Below, piece after piece: positions 14,301-27,700 of a DNA stretch of 64,000 bases. Made by a program: the position numbers and the translations under genes. Under the pieces are notes generated by a model that saw nothing but the letters and a program-made list of their open reading frames with translations, was not told the origin of the DNA and searched no databases. Source of the DNA: Catajapyx aquilonaris (taxonomy: Eukaryota); NCBI GenBank assembly GCA_000934665.2, contig JYFJ02000159.1, positions 62,001 to 126,000 on the forward strand. The letters are read 5' to 3'. Every line of letters starts with the position of its first letter. Positions within the stretch are counted from its first letter, which is position 1.

Positions 14301-17300
14301 TCGGATGGAATTCTGCCAGCCCTTCTTATTCTTCTCGTAGTAAGGGTAATTGGCGGTGATAAATGCGTAGATCTCAGCCAGTGTGGCCCTCTTCTCTGGC
14401 TTGCTCTTGATGGCCATCGTGATCAGAGCCACGTACGAGCATGGTGGCTTGTCGTTGACATTCGACGCTGGAGTGCCAGGCGTCGATGTTGTCGTTATCG
14501 GGGCAGACGACGGCGGGGAAGACGGAGATGTCTTCTCGCTCTTCACCTGATTCTGCTGAGAATTGTTGGTTCCCACCGATTGGTCCAGGGAAGGAGCTGA
14601 TGCTGCAGAGCAATAACCTGAATAATAAATTAGATACTGCCTGTTAAAGAATTCTGTAATAGGAAAGACTATCGGCTATAAAGTGTTAGAACGAGTTTTG
14701 TTTTTAACCAATTACCCACTGGATGAGCAATAACTCTTCCAGCCATGTAATGCCAGATTGTCCCATGTAGTCAACCTTTTCCACCCACAACAGTGACCCT
14801 CCCGTCCTTGGCCGGCACGGTCAGCCAATCACGCGCATTTTATGTTTGTCATAGTTATCCGCATTTCAGAGTCATCTTATATGACAAAGATTCGTCAGCT
14901 GAGGGGGCGGGGAGGAGGCTTGTAGATGAACCTTCTTGGGCGGATGCTGAGGAAACATCTCGGGAGTAGAAACCGGAAACCCGATCCTCCAGCACTCTGC
15001 ACAGTGGGGGTGGGTGAAGAGAGAGAGAGGGGNNNNGGGGGGGGGGGGCTTGATCCTAGACGGAGCTTCAGCAGTTTCCTCCAACCCCTAATGCGTTTTT
15101 CGAAACCGATACACTTCCCAAGGATCCTGCTTCTGCTACCTTCATTCCTCCCCCCCTATGCTCCACTAATGGGCCAAGAAGCGCAGCAGATCCACCTAAG
15201 ACTGTCCATCTTGCTTCCAACGACCCTCCAAAAAGGGCACATGGTCAGTTTCAGGACGGACGGGCGCCGGACCATACTGACACGACTCCTTCCTTCTGCT
15301 GACCTTTGGTTTTTTTAAGGGTCTTGACCAACCTTGGCTCCGACCGTATAATCGTCATGCCTCAAGTCCCATGTTGTTGGGTTTCAGCTGCTACATCCGA
15401 TACATTTCTTGCAAAGCCCCCAGGGGATTTTAGTAAGGTTCATGGGTTTCGTGTCTTTTGCCGTAATAAAAAATGCCATCCTGCCCATCAGCACCTGTGA
15501 GGGATAGGGGAAGATGAAGATGCCCGCCAGCTTGCCGGTGCATTAGAGGGGTAACTTAACCCGGAGCTAATGAGGACGCCAAGAGACGACAAGCTGAGAA
15601 AGTGAGCCCACTTGCGGTGCGGACCTTCGGGCCAATTTTGCTTCTTTCAAGGTAAAGACATGATATACCTGCTGAGTAGGAGGGGGTTCTGAGATTTGTG
15701 CGGAATAGGATCGTTCTCTTCCGAGCAGGGTTTTCCGTGATGTAATACTATACATATGGTTGTATCGAGGGAGGTTTGTTGAAAAGTATGGAGGAAAGGT
15801 CTTGTGTGGTACCCTGTTCTTCGTGGATGTTTACAAGACTGGCCGATATCACGTAACCAGACTCTGCGCAGGAGCAGGCCACTGGCCCTCAACATGTTAC
15901 ACCACATCTAATCCTGCTCTTTGTCGATATATATTTTTTCCATGCTGCAGATGGAAGGCAAATGGAGGTGACTTATGGACTTTTTTAAAAATAAGTATGC
16001 TATAGTGTGATATATTTTGTTCTGGGAACGCTTTGATGTAAATATTCATCGAGTTCCTTCGAGCAACTTCAGCTTTTGTTTGTGCCAGGCCAATATTGCT
16101 GCATGGACTATGAAATTGGGGACATGTAGGAACAACAGTAATTATTTGCCCTGGATTTTTGGCTTTTGTTCTTAAGTGACTATTGTTAAAAAGCTTTAAC
16201 CTCGTTCATGTTGTATGGAAGAGATAAGGCTTTGTTTATAGCAGGGGGTTTTTTTTGCGAAGAAAAAATTTGCCGCGAGAGCAATGTTTTAAATTTAGAA
16301 CTGCATGGTGACTCACAGAAAGCACACCTTTCAATGCACTGCGTCAATGTGCGTGACATGTCTTTCACAATGAGTCATAATTTTCTGCTGGTTGCTACCA
16401 GGAAATAGATTCGTGTCAACGTTGCATTCTTGGTCAAGGGTCTCCCCCCCCCCTCACCATTACTTCTTTTTTTATTATTTACTCTCTGGAGACTCCGCAA
16501 GCATACACCCTTTGCACCCCTCACTTGTCCCCATTCCTTTCCACGGCAGAAACTTGTGGACAACGCTCTTTTTTGCTTCTGTGACGAACGCGAGTCGGGT
16601 GCCTCAAGCAGAAAATAACCCATTACATGCATTCTTCGAAGAGGGGGGGTCAAAATGCACTTACCTATCTGAGACTGCTCCGTCCTAGAATCCTCCTGCT
16701 TGATTCTAGTCATCACCATATCCTGCAAAGAAACAATAAAACAATCAAAACAATTCATTATAAATAACACTGGCAGACAGTGGCAAAAAAATGGAGCCGA
16801 GGATTAAGATGCTTGGGAGTCGTAACTTCAGTTCATTGGCGTCTCAGTGTTCCGTGTACGCATTCGAGAGAGGTCGGCACAATGACCAACATCACTGAAA
16901 TATGCGCTTATATCATCTCGACTAGGATTTCAAACCGGGAAGAAAAACATTGAGAGTGTTGTTATCGCGTTCCGATGAAGCCAACGCACACATAGCCATG
17001 CAACCTGGCAGCAAAAGGTCATGATTCTGCTGGAAGGAGGCCACCGACATACCCTTACAATCAGTGCCATTGTTCGTCGTTTTAATTTCCTCCTCCTGGG
17101 TCCACGATTCGGGGATTGCCAGGAAACAAGTCTGCACACAGTGATGGATATCTTGGGCTTAATCTCTGTTTTGTCAACAGGGTGTGCATTTTCTGGGGCT
17201 TACAGTTTTGGGGAATTTTTTTCCTCTTTTTTTTTTTTTGGCACGGGCAGGAGACCAATTTGCTTCTTTCAACTCCTACCGGAGAGTAACTAGTGTGCCG

Positions 17301-20300
17301 AGAGATGCTTTCCACCGGTTTGGGAAATTCAGGCTATTTCCAAGTTTTGCGGTCCGGGCTAATAGCTAATAATAATGCTATCAGGTCAATTGAGGACTTG
17401 AGATTTGAGGTCGCAGTACAACGTGTATCGAGGGTTATGACAGGCAGAAGCTTCTTTGGGCAATGAGGTGGTGGTCGATGACAGGCAGTAGACAGCTGGA
17501 ACTACTGCTAACACCGCAGGAGAAATAGGAGAGCCAAGAACAAATCACCCGTGATGACAACGGATGCTGGGGGGTGTTTCCACGGTCGAGTTGGAGCTCA
17601 CGTCTTTTGGGGATTACTTGGCTCCGGACTTTTTTTGTGGCCTTTTTTTGAAAATAGCGTCAAGACATCATGCGCGCACGTGGGGTGCCGTGTTTCTAGG
17701 TTACTTAAGTCATCGACAATATTCCACTCAGGATTATCACGTTATTTTTATTGCCCTTAAGTTCTGATCATTTACACATGTGGCTAATGATTATTTTCAA
17801 TTCACAGGCAGATATTCAGTGAAAGCCCCTTTGTAACAAGAAACTTATTAGTTTACATAACAAGCTCTCCAGAAGTTTTAAAACTACATGCCACTCTTAT
17901 GATAACACAGCACTGGCTGTGATTGACGGACGTTCGTTCACACATCGCCTATTTCTGCTGGTGGGAATTAGTGATTGAACTGCTTATCTTCGCAAGAAAT
18001 TGAGCATTCAATTGATCACCCAATTGTCAATTTTCTATTGGCAACGAATTACTTTGATTAAAACGAACCTCTTAGGGAAGACCCCTTCTCTTATTTCCTG
18101 AACACTTTATGTTTATATGAAACAAAAAGGCTATGTTTTTTTCGACATTAAATTATCTCGGTGGCACTAGGAAAAACAACAAACAACCAAATGGTTGCTA
18201 CCGGGATTGAACTCCGGACCCCTGAGTGACGTATTGTTGGCTGGAATCATTTATATGCTAGTACACACCGTGTCTTGTAAACTTACACTGATAACCCATA
18301 AGCTAAATCCAGCGTGACTTTCGGTTTTGTCCTACAAAGCCACTCGGTTCTGAATGTGAGAAACCTAAGGCAAGGGTCCCCAGCTCGACCCACGCTGCTG
18401 ACCTCTCCCTGCTTCATATACACATATGCTCGTTCAGTTTTCTTCGCCCGACCAAGGCAGTAGGACCATTATTCCGACACCTTTGCCCTTTACCGTCATA
18501 ACTACAGAACTAACATGCCTCACAGCTGGTTCAGCACCAGGCTTGGAAATCGGAACGACATATCGAAGGACTAGCATCGTGGCGACTGTGAGGCGGGTCA
18601 TTTATTGACCTCACGTGCGAGGTGAATCGTGCGTTTCAAAATGGGAACAGCTCTAGCCTTTGGTATATAGGGCCTATTGTAAGGCGCCTACTCCGCGGGA
18701 TCTATTGTGCAACGGAAAGAATTTGCTGCCTCAACCAGACATGGTGATTGACGCAGATGCAACACCTCACCCAGCACCATAGCTGGAGAAAAAAAAATTG
18801 GTCAGCTCATCAGCAAACTCTCGTTTCATGCTTACATCATGGTCAGCTATTGCGTCTTTTCTTACACTCATCTGCTTGCAAAAATTATCCAAAAAGGCAG
18901 GGTTTGAATACATGAACTAGCAGGTGTTGCAGTTAGTCACACTGTTACACTGCAAAGTTATGAGCAACCCACTTAGTAAATCGCTTATAAATAAACAAAT
19001 AAACATGTCCGGTTGAATAGGATGGAGCTAAGTGGGATCGGCAAAATCGTGAGCCCGCAGACAAGTTTTCGGGCTTGGTGCAAAATAAATGGGCTCGTTC
19101 CGCTGAGAGCAAGCGAAACTAATTCGAGAACGAGATATACTATGTTACTCTGGCGCTAACTGCTGTCTTCCATCGCCTATTTTTGGGGCAACACATTCGT
19201 ATGACAATGAGCACCTTCAAAGGATCGCAGCAACATCACTTGGGAACCATCGTGATTCTTCGGAAACGACTGCAACTTTGGCTCTAGTTCAACTATCTCA
19301 GGCGGATACAAGTTAAAGAGAATTACTAGCACTATGTCCCCGTCATATATGTATCCAGGCCGTATGACGTCTGCATTTTCTACAAAATTTGGATTATTTT
19401 TTCGCGGCATGTTTCGTGGTATGTGAACAAGAGCCGGCTATGCGCTACATGACGTATTTAGGGTTAGAGAGAGGAACGGATTAAAAATAAGTGTAGCTGA
19501 AAAACGATTTTGGGGAAAGCTTGGAGCAATTGGTGCATTCTTGTCAAAAGCCGCAGCTTGGAGATGTAACGTTTTGATAAATCAAAGCCAGGCCCGTTTT
19601 ATCTCTTTTCACCTGCTGTCATTATTTGCCAACAAGTTAAGGCTGAGGAATTCACTAGAAATATTTCACGCTTGGTTGGACTCCGGTTTGGCCTTTGCGC
19701 CTGAAAACTTTACGAACGCATAATTTTGAAGGTTTGAAAGGCTCGTTTTTCATAATGTATATGGAAATTTGCAGTGACATAATTGTGCCTTTCCGCCGTT
19801 GTAACTTATCCCTAAGGGTGAAATGCGGTAATATTTTATCAGGTCCATACACAGTAGGCTTTACGAATTGCAGGAATTAGATAATTAGTTTTTTGTTAAT
19901 TTAAATAGTATGAATTTTCAGTAGTGCTAGATGCGGCTAGATAGTACACTCCAGGTCCAGGGATTTCGCGGGGATGTCCAAAACAACGGCCAGAGGACTT
20001 GAAAATCATTTGAGAAAATATGTTTAAAAATAGTAATTACACACCCCCATACCATTATTATATCAAATACTGCACAATATTAGTAACATAATGAAAAGAA
20101 AAGTGCTCAATCTTTGTGATTTTTCCGAGTGTCCATAACCTGATACTGTTGATGTAACTTTGCAGTCCTATTTGCATTATGGTGGTAGTTAGTCGTAGTT
20201 ATAGTCGTTTATTCTCAACATATACGCATATGTATAAGACAGAAATCCGATTTTACCTCGCAGTTCAAAATTTTATTCACCGAAACTGAATACCAGTTTC

Positions 20301-23300
20301 TGCAACGATGTGCGAAATGATGGCAAGTGCGTGTGACTACATGAATTAACAGTGACAATACAGTGATGGGCATAAACACAAGATCTCATGCTTCTTCTCA
20401 TGCAGGACCATTGTGGTTAGGCGTTCGTGCTGTAATTCGTGAGGTCCTGGGTTCAAATCCTAGTTCAGTCCATCAAGATCTATGTCGATCTATGTTTTTC
20501 CGCGGGTCCTCCTAACGGTGCAGGAAAATTATGGGATCATGGACTTCTTACAAAATTGACCACAGCCTCTTCAGTTATTTCCGTAAATTTCGTGACACAA
20601 TGAAGCATAAAGATTATTTTGCTTTTACCCGCCATAAAATGGAGTAAGAGATTGCAAGTGAATGCGGTCCTGATTGCTGGTTGCTTCTAGGAGGTTGTTA
20701 CTCTTATAAAGAGGTAGACAAAAGACAATGAATAACTTTTTCCCTCGCTTTTTCAGTTAAACTTGGCCATTGCCACTTTGCCAGTGAATCATCCTGCATA
20801 CGAGAGAGGCACTATTACAGTATATTGTTACGCCACTGTGGTCAATCCATGTTATAAGATAATTATTTGCAACATTGTCTGCGATATGGGATGACTTATT
20901 TCACTGCTGGATCAGTGCTTATGAATTTACAAGACTGTTCAGTGTCCACGACCCCGCCCCGGTTCAAGAGTTGGGTATATAGGTAAAGTATAGTGTTATG
21001 CGTATCCAGCCAACCAGCAGTTTCAAGAGAAGAAATCTGCCGTATAATCAGGTCGACTTTCATTCTTGTCGCAGCTGATGTTGCTTCTCTTTAAACAGTT
21101 TGTTGGGAGTGAACAATTCGGAACCTCTCACCCTCCTCCATTGTTGGCTTTCGGACTTGCTTAGGCCGTGCACCGCACCAAATAACAATTTTCGAGGAGT
21201 CTGGCATTCCGATAACACCTATACGAGACTCAGCTAAGATTCCCTGAAGGATTCACCTCCACAATCTTACGGTACTTCACTCAGATTTTATTATCTCTGG
21301 TAATAAGTAGAAAGTATCTGCAAGCAGCCCTTAACATATCTTCAAACGCTTATTGGTGTCGGATGTCTTGATGACACTCGCCTGTCATCGCCGCCACTCG
21401 ATAAACCATTACAACGTGACAGGGCCTGTCAGTCATATAAGGTGTTTAAAAAAGCGGCGCCGTAAATATAGCGGGATGGATAAACTATGGGCAACTCGGC
21501 TACTGACTCACAGTGCATGCGAGTTGCTCTTTATCAATCATTATGCACACTCCGATTGTCGCTTACATTATAATGCAGGCGACAATCGGAGTGGGACAGT
21601 TTGACCGATATATATATATTTTTTTTGATCGTCCGGAGGAGCGTGAGAGTTTCTTGACATCAGTAACTTGATTGCCGTGGTATTTTCCATATCTTAATGT
21701 GGGCCGTAAATGGTTGAATTTATTGCTCGAGTCATGTGAACTTCTTGAACTGTTATTCCTGTTTTTATTTCGGTGACACTACTGCATGCGCGCTAATGTG
21801 TTATTCTATATAACGGCTGTGTTTTCATCTTTTCAACATACTCTCACGTTGCTTCTCGTTTGGAAAAAAGTGGCGCCTCATATTTTTTAATTGCTGTGTT
21901 TACCGGGTCTGATTCAATGATTAGGGGCGCAGGTCAACAATTCAGTTAGGGTACCAGTGTAATGCTTGTTGTCAGTAATTTACATTACACTTACGTAGTT
22001 TTGAAACTGTCGATTACCCGCACCTATTTTATGAATTTGCATTTCATTTGTACGTATAGGTTTAGACAGATTTGGTGGTTTCTATTTCACTTCAGGTTTA
22101 CGCTGCGTACAATGACAACTATATGTTCATGATAGTTTTAAAAGCCATAAAGCTGGTGCAGTGTAAATTAAATCATTTGAAATGATTCATGTAAAATAGA
22201 AAGGGTTTATTTGCCTATCCGAAATATCATGCGACTATAGCTATATGCTTATATTTCTTGTGTATAGTTATAGTACCGGCGCGGCGTGAGAAAAGGTTTT
22301 AAGTAGCATGATGCCTGTAGAGAAACACGAAAATCTCAAGAGAACAGGCTCAGAGCAACAATTAATACTTGGAAGAGCACATTGCTCCTTCGAACAAAAT
22401 GAACATTTTTAGATGGTTTTTCTCACTATACTCTGCGCTGGACTTATAATTATGCTGATGTAATATTGTAAATGTCTACATTTTGTTGTGTGCACCATTA
22501 GATATTTTGCTACTGAGATTTTTCACTAAATAAAGGCTACATCCTGTCAAATGTGTCAGTGAATAGAAGAGGCTATATGCATTCCGGGTGCTCAGTTATA
22601 GCTTAGGATTTGGTTGATTTAAAAAGGGAGTAGAAGTGTTCATTCAGGTTAAGTATATTGGAGGCAAACAAAATTCTGCGTTATGCAATAAAATCGTATT
22701 TTTGTTTCAGGTAGAACCTATTCCTTGGCCTATTCTACATAATATTTGACAAAGACTAGTCATCACTGCTTGTGACTACAAGTTTGCTTATACTACCACT
22801 TCGTACATGTGTGGAATACCCATACCCTGAACCGCACACCACATAATATATTAGGCCTATAACAACATTTTCTGACGGGTGATATTCCGGCGGGCAGAAT
22901 ATTCCAAACGATTCCATATACTTAACCAATAGTAATTATAGCATAAAACCAACACTTATTTTTTGAAGCATGTTGTGACTCCGTCCCTAAACCAAAATTT
23001 AGGTAGATTGTACGTTTGTCTTGGCGTAACATAGGCCCCACGAAAACAATCTGGAGTATCTAGTGACTATATACCCTGCATAATTATAGGCCTCATCCCG
23101 AGATAAGCAAGTGAAATAAGATCATTTCCTTTCTATTTATAGGGCAGGTTACCCACACTACGTCCCTGCAAATAGACAACCTAGAATTCAGCCTATATCC
23201 CAGTGTAATTAAGAGGATAACATTATATTGATGGTGCCCCGAATTGCCGGCTCAGAGCATGTAAGTGTAAACCTACTAAGTGGTAAGTTCAACAAACACT

Positions 23301-24347
23301 GTGTTTACTACACTCATGCGGCAATGACAGACCAACAGAGTACGATAGCCGCTATATCGTGTACCGCGCGAAAAAGTATTAGGAAAGGTGGGGCATTCGT
23401 TAATTAAATTATTATTCGATTTCCCGAATGAGAAGATGCACAAGACAAATAATTTGTGAAGGGTAACCTTCGCGCCCCTTCTGCATTTAGGCCTGCAAAT
23501 GTTGCTAGTGAAAAATAATTGTAGAGTACGCCCCGCCCTCCCGAAATCATTGCCTGGTCTGCAGGTTAGAATATTGACTCGGAGTGGTTCTTTTGGGAAA
23601 CAGCAGTCTTCTTGAGAGTCAAAATGTGCCGCTTGAAGTTAGGCCCATTCTGTATAAACAGTGGATCATTTTAAAGCGTCCTAATTATCCAGAAACACTC
23701 CTATTATGATGTACGGACACAAAACACCGATGAAGTCTCCTGTGTCATTGGAGCAGTGTGTCCTGTGACAATTATTGGTGTCCCTATTTTGCAATAACTG
23801 AACATCAGTTTATGATTGTCGCAATCCTACTTTTTGGTGCCAGCATGACCACTCTCAGTCAAAATTAAATTACTACTTTCTTCGCTCATTACAATCGGTC
23901 AATTTACCGTACAAAATAGAAGCCAGTCTGTAATACACTGTATTGAATAATGGCGTCGTATTTTCCGTTGTTGGGTAATAACTACCGCAATTACTGTCGC
24001 AACTATTTTGTGAATTTCCTTCGTCTTCTTACGCCACAACATGAGCTTCAAATTGTCGCATATCCTGACACCTTTGTTGCATTTCAAATCTGATGCTGCC
24101 ATAGCACAATCACCAATTACTTTGTCAATCGCTGTTAACTTACACACTCGGTCCATTAACTGTCATATGTCTCAAAGAGAATTTGTGAATGGCGGTTATT
24201 GTCACTTATTGCCGCGACCAATACGTCCGGGAAATGTCGTACCGGACTAAACGACTAACCGGATGACTTGTCATCACCGCGACACACTCCCCACGAAAAT
24301 ATGAAAATGCAATTTACCGTGTTGGAGATGATGGGTCGAGCAATCAT
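11349..24347 (-). CDS. FoxL2: Forkhead box L2 transcription factor, ~335 aa. Exons 24347-24318, 16722-16665, 14617-14219, 13217-13049, 12977-12857, 12787-12688, 11479-11349
   Basis: Forkhead domain [14 protein letters not shown]...[58 protein letters not shown] is the FoxL2 signature. C-terminal motifs TWSL..LAYGPCQ and FPACTR..PYW echo vertebrate FoxL2. All seven exons join in frame through GT-AG introns (1008 nt). The two 5' exons are less certain, and an alternative start Met lies in exon 2. Confidence 0.9.
20400..20472 (+). mobile_element. tRNA-derived SINE head (degenerate)
   Basis: A-box-like TGGTTAGG and B-box GGTTCAAATCC at tRNA spacing, but no intact cloverleaf. Confidence 0.5.
20940..21300 (-). 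mobile_element. Possible decayed RTE-clade LINE 3' fragment
   Basis: A minus-strand frame reads [15 protein letters not shown], similar to the 'P++LLFG..G.R..G+P..RW' region at the end of RTE ORF2. It is interrupted by stops and frameshifts. Confidence 0.3.
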
Positions 24348-24499
24348 CTTCTGGACAGCACTAGTCACCCACGCTGCTGGAGCACTGGACCGCGACGATG
24401 CTGATGGTCGTAGAAGCAGCTTCAGCCAGAGTGACCGTCGCCCGATGCTGCTGTCCTGCAAACTGCCGTGCCCTGCTGATGCTGACTCGGATGCTGAGA

Positions 24500-24725
24500 A
24501 CCATCTTGGTGCGGGAGGGCTAGATGCGATTTCGGCACGCGCCTTCCGCGGCCCAGACGTCGAGGCGGGGCCACGTCCTATCCGGGCAGGGACATGCACA
24601 AGCCCATTGGCCGACACGGGATTGCGAGGCGGGCCTCCTTTTTTGCTCGACACACCCGACTAATCGGAGGGAAGGGCACCCGCCAAATCTGGGGGAGGAG
24701 GAGGAGGAGGAGGAGGAGGAGGAAG
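24500..24725 (-). promoter_or_regulatory. Putative FoxL2 promoter / first-exon region
   Basis: GC/CpG-rich. CCAAT box on the minus strand at about 24605-24609, GC-box-like GGCGGGG at about 24565-24571, and a (GAG)n tract at about 24695-24722. Lies just upstream of the predicted first exon. Confidence 0.45.
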
Positions 24726-27700
24726 AGTCAATGTGCTGCCTCATTACTCACTAATTACTATACATGCACACTTGGGTGTCAATTTATTGATATTATATCT
24801 TGGAGATAAATAGCACCAAAGTTGCTCTGGAACATCAGGAGTACGTGTATTAACTCCGGAAAAATTCCACTTGTGCACCACATAATGTAGGCTACAAATG
24901 CTCATGGAAAATGTAAAAAAAGCGAGACGATTATTTTTGCTAATGATTTGCCCCTGCCCTTTATGTAACACCGCAATGTAAGTGAGCAGTGTGGGTTAGC
25001 TAGCTGTCCAGGATAAAACTGGTGAAGACTGTTTCATGTCCTCAGGCTATGCCTGGCTCTCGTGTGTCTTTGACGACTGTTTTTTTTTTAAATTAACATC
25101 ACGCCAATTTGCGACATATAGTGTAATACAATCTACACTATAAACGCCATATGTACACCCGACACGAGCCACTGACAAAGTTATACAACGTAAGGCATAA
25201 GTTGCTTTATGTGACTAACTACAAATAACGTACAGAACCGCAGTGAGAATAAATAAGGGCATAAGTTACTACATGTTTGGGCCAATAATAGACGTTGGCA
25301 GTCCGTAACTTTTGCACATTGACATATTTGAAAGGTGTTGTTGTGAAGCACTCGGCCGGTCATTCTGCTTCGGAAAATATTGTTACCTTGATGCATATTT
25401 TGTCAATAGTAATCCTGAGCGGAGTCACGGATGTGTTTGACTCTTGGGGCGCCACGGTCTGATTTGTTTTGAAGCTTTGAGAGTCTTCATGCCCTTGAAT
25501 AAGGCTACGACTCACCAACGCGATGGCTTGTATCTACACATCATCTGGTGCCAAGTGTCGTTACTGTTAAAATATTTAATTGTTTTGGCAGCCCACTAGT
25601 CAAAAGATTGTCCTTTGCGTCCGGAAGTCTTCAAACTAACAAGCCGTTTTCGCCCAGAGAAGTCAAAACATTTTGACAATGCAAGTTGGCCTGATACTAG
25701 AGCCGGATCTAAGTGGACGTGATTTTTTTTTTTTTTTTAAAAAAAAGCTATAGCCAGCACCTTTAAGTTTCTACCAAAAATAATCAGTGTCCCACGGTCG
25801 GGTTTCTGCCAAATGTCCACAAATCCTGTCCGCTTGCTGCTGTCACTTTGAGACGGTAAAAGCTGAGGCCGCGAGCCAAAGCTTGACACCTCTCTTTCGA
25901 CGCAATTGCCAAACTTTTAACTTCCCCCCCCCCCCCTATACACCCCACCCTCCCAAATATCCCAACAGCATGCAGAGGTCGGTCTAAAGGGAGATGCAGC
26001 CAAAGAGACTTCCGAAGCGGCGTGAAAGTGTTTGCGGTAAATGTAGCAGGTTTATGGGCGTCGTTCTTTCTCCCTCCAGGCGTTTCATGACTTCTTCGCG
26101 CACGTTATTAGTAAACTTCCGCGCGACACTTCTCAGGAAAGTATTTGCCCGGAATATAACGCTGCATGCCACTGAAGAAGGGGGGGATATAGGGATGTGA
26201 ACAGCTGGTGACGCAACCTTGTCACAGGTCAAAGGTCCAGTCAACCAAAACCTTGAAGGGCTAATGGGAAATGCTGACTAAGACGAAGAGGTCTACGTGT
26301 GTAATTAATTCGTGGTACCTCCAGTGACAATCCACGCAGGCAGATTGAAATAAAAAATAACACTGTGCAGTAATTCAGACTGACATGTTCCCATGAAAGA
26401 GGATGTGGACACCATATTATTAATATTATAAAGTGACACTGTGGCGTCATATTTGGCACCAATATGCAGTATGCATAAGTGAACGTGTCACATGGCTATA
26501 ATCCACGCGTGGTTGATCATATTCCACAACACGTAATGCAGAGGTTGCATGTGCAAGTGCACTGAAACGAGAGCATGGTGTTGGGGTAATGACCAGTAGT
26601 TTGCTGACTCTTGTCTGACGGAGTTGATGAAGTTTGCATTCACTTGGAGGCCACCGCGGAAAAATGGCACGATCGAGATACACTTCTCAAACTTTGGTAT
26701 ATACAGTACACCTATTATCTTACCCGCGTATGTGCGCGTAATAATGAGGGCAGATTACGTAGGTCTTTTACACGTACTACGTGCAACCACTCATATAGGA
26801 AGTGCAAAATGGCAGAGGGATCAGTGACCGTAAAATTATGAATGGCAACGTCCCTATTAAAGCCCAATCTTGCTCGTAAAAAAATATGGAATAAAAAGAA
26901 ACTGTTCCCGCGAGATATAACCCTTGGCCAGCGTAACGACTGGGAACAAGATAGCAATGTTTTTAGACATTGTTTTTCCTGCTCACAATGACCCCACCGG
27001 CATTTATCCCAAGAATAGGCCCATTGCTGCATTACGCATTTCAATAGTATGTCCGGGGTGAATAGGGTTCACCAACATGTCTTTATAATGACGTCAGTAT
27101 CTAATGGTCCTTTCAGAAGTTCCTTATTGTTGATTTGCCTTATAGACTTGTAATTCTCGGCTCTCTTAATAAATGGCACCCAGTGGTACCTGTGATCGAT
27201 TCGAAGCTTCGTTGGTATGGTGCCTTCGAGTCTAGCTCCTCGGCAGGGTGCATATATCTATCCCCTTCTTGTTTTCTAAACACAGCAAAGCGGATCTGGG
27301 ATTATTCGTTTCTGGGCCGAAGCGCCAACTCATTGGGCGGCTTGTTAGCTGCGAGTTTCCTCGAGACTGTTTTCTAAACATCCTCGAGCTGCTTTTGAGC
27401 TCGGAGGGAATCTATAGCCCACGCTTAATTGCACTGCCGGCGAAAATGCTGCCTTTACTTTGCTTTGCTGCTGCTTTGACAACTCACTATTTTCTTCTGG
27501 CCCCCCCAACCTTTGCTTTTTGGGTTATTTTTCGCGTATCATTCTCCCTCCCACCTTTATTTTGTAGAAACACGATACTTTGCCTTAATTGATCGGTCGC
27601 ATTAACAAGCTTCTTCTACAATGTAATGCACCCGTGTTGTTTTTAGTTGTATAGGCCCCCCACGTGCAATAACAGCGCCGTCCATATTTTTTCAGACAAA

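Noticed and set aside
15020..15050. GA/poly-G tract containing NNN
   Set aside because: Assembly ambiguity in low-complexity sequence. The true length of this FoxL2 intron may differ.
18985..19010. Clustered forkhead-like TAAACA/TAAATA sites in the FoxL2 intron (possible autoregulation)
   Set aside because: Indistinguishable from AT-rich (TAAA)n low-complexity sequence without conservation data.
23450..23830. Faint reverse-transcriptase-like remnant (IGVFLD...) on the minus strand
   Set aside because: Too short and disrupted to support without a profile search.
24255..24809. Several overlapping 70-130 aa ORFs in a GC-rich patch
   Set aside because: Explained by the GC-rich FoxL2 promoter/first exon and a (GAG)n microsatellite; no recognisable domain.
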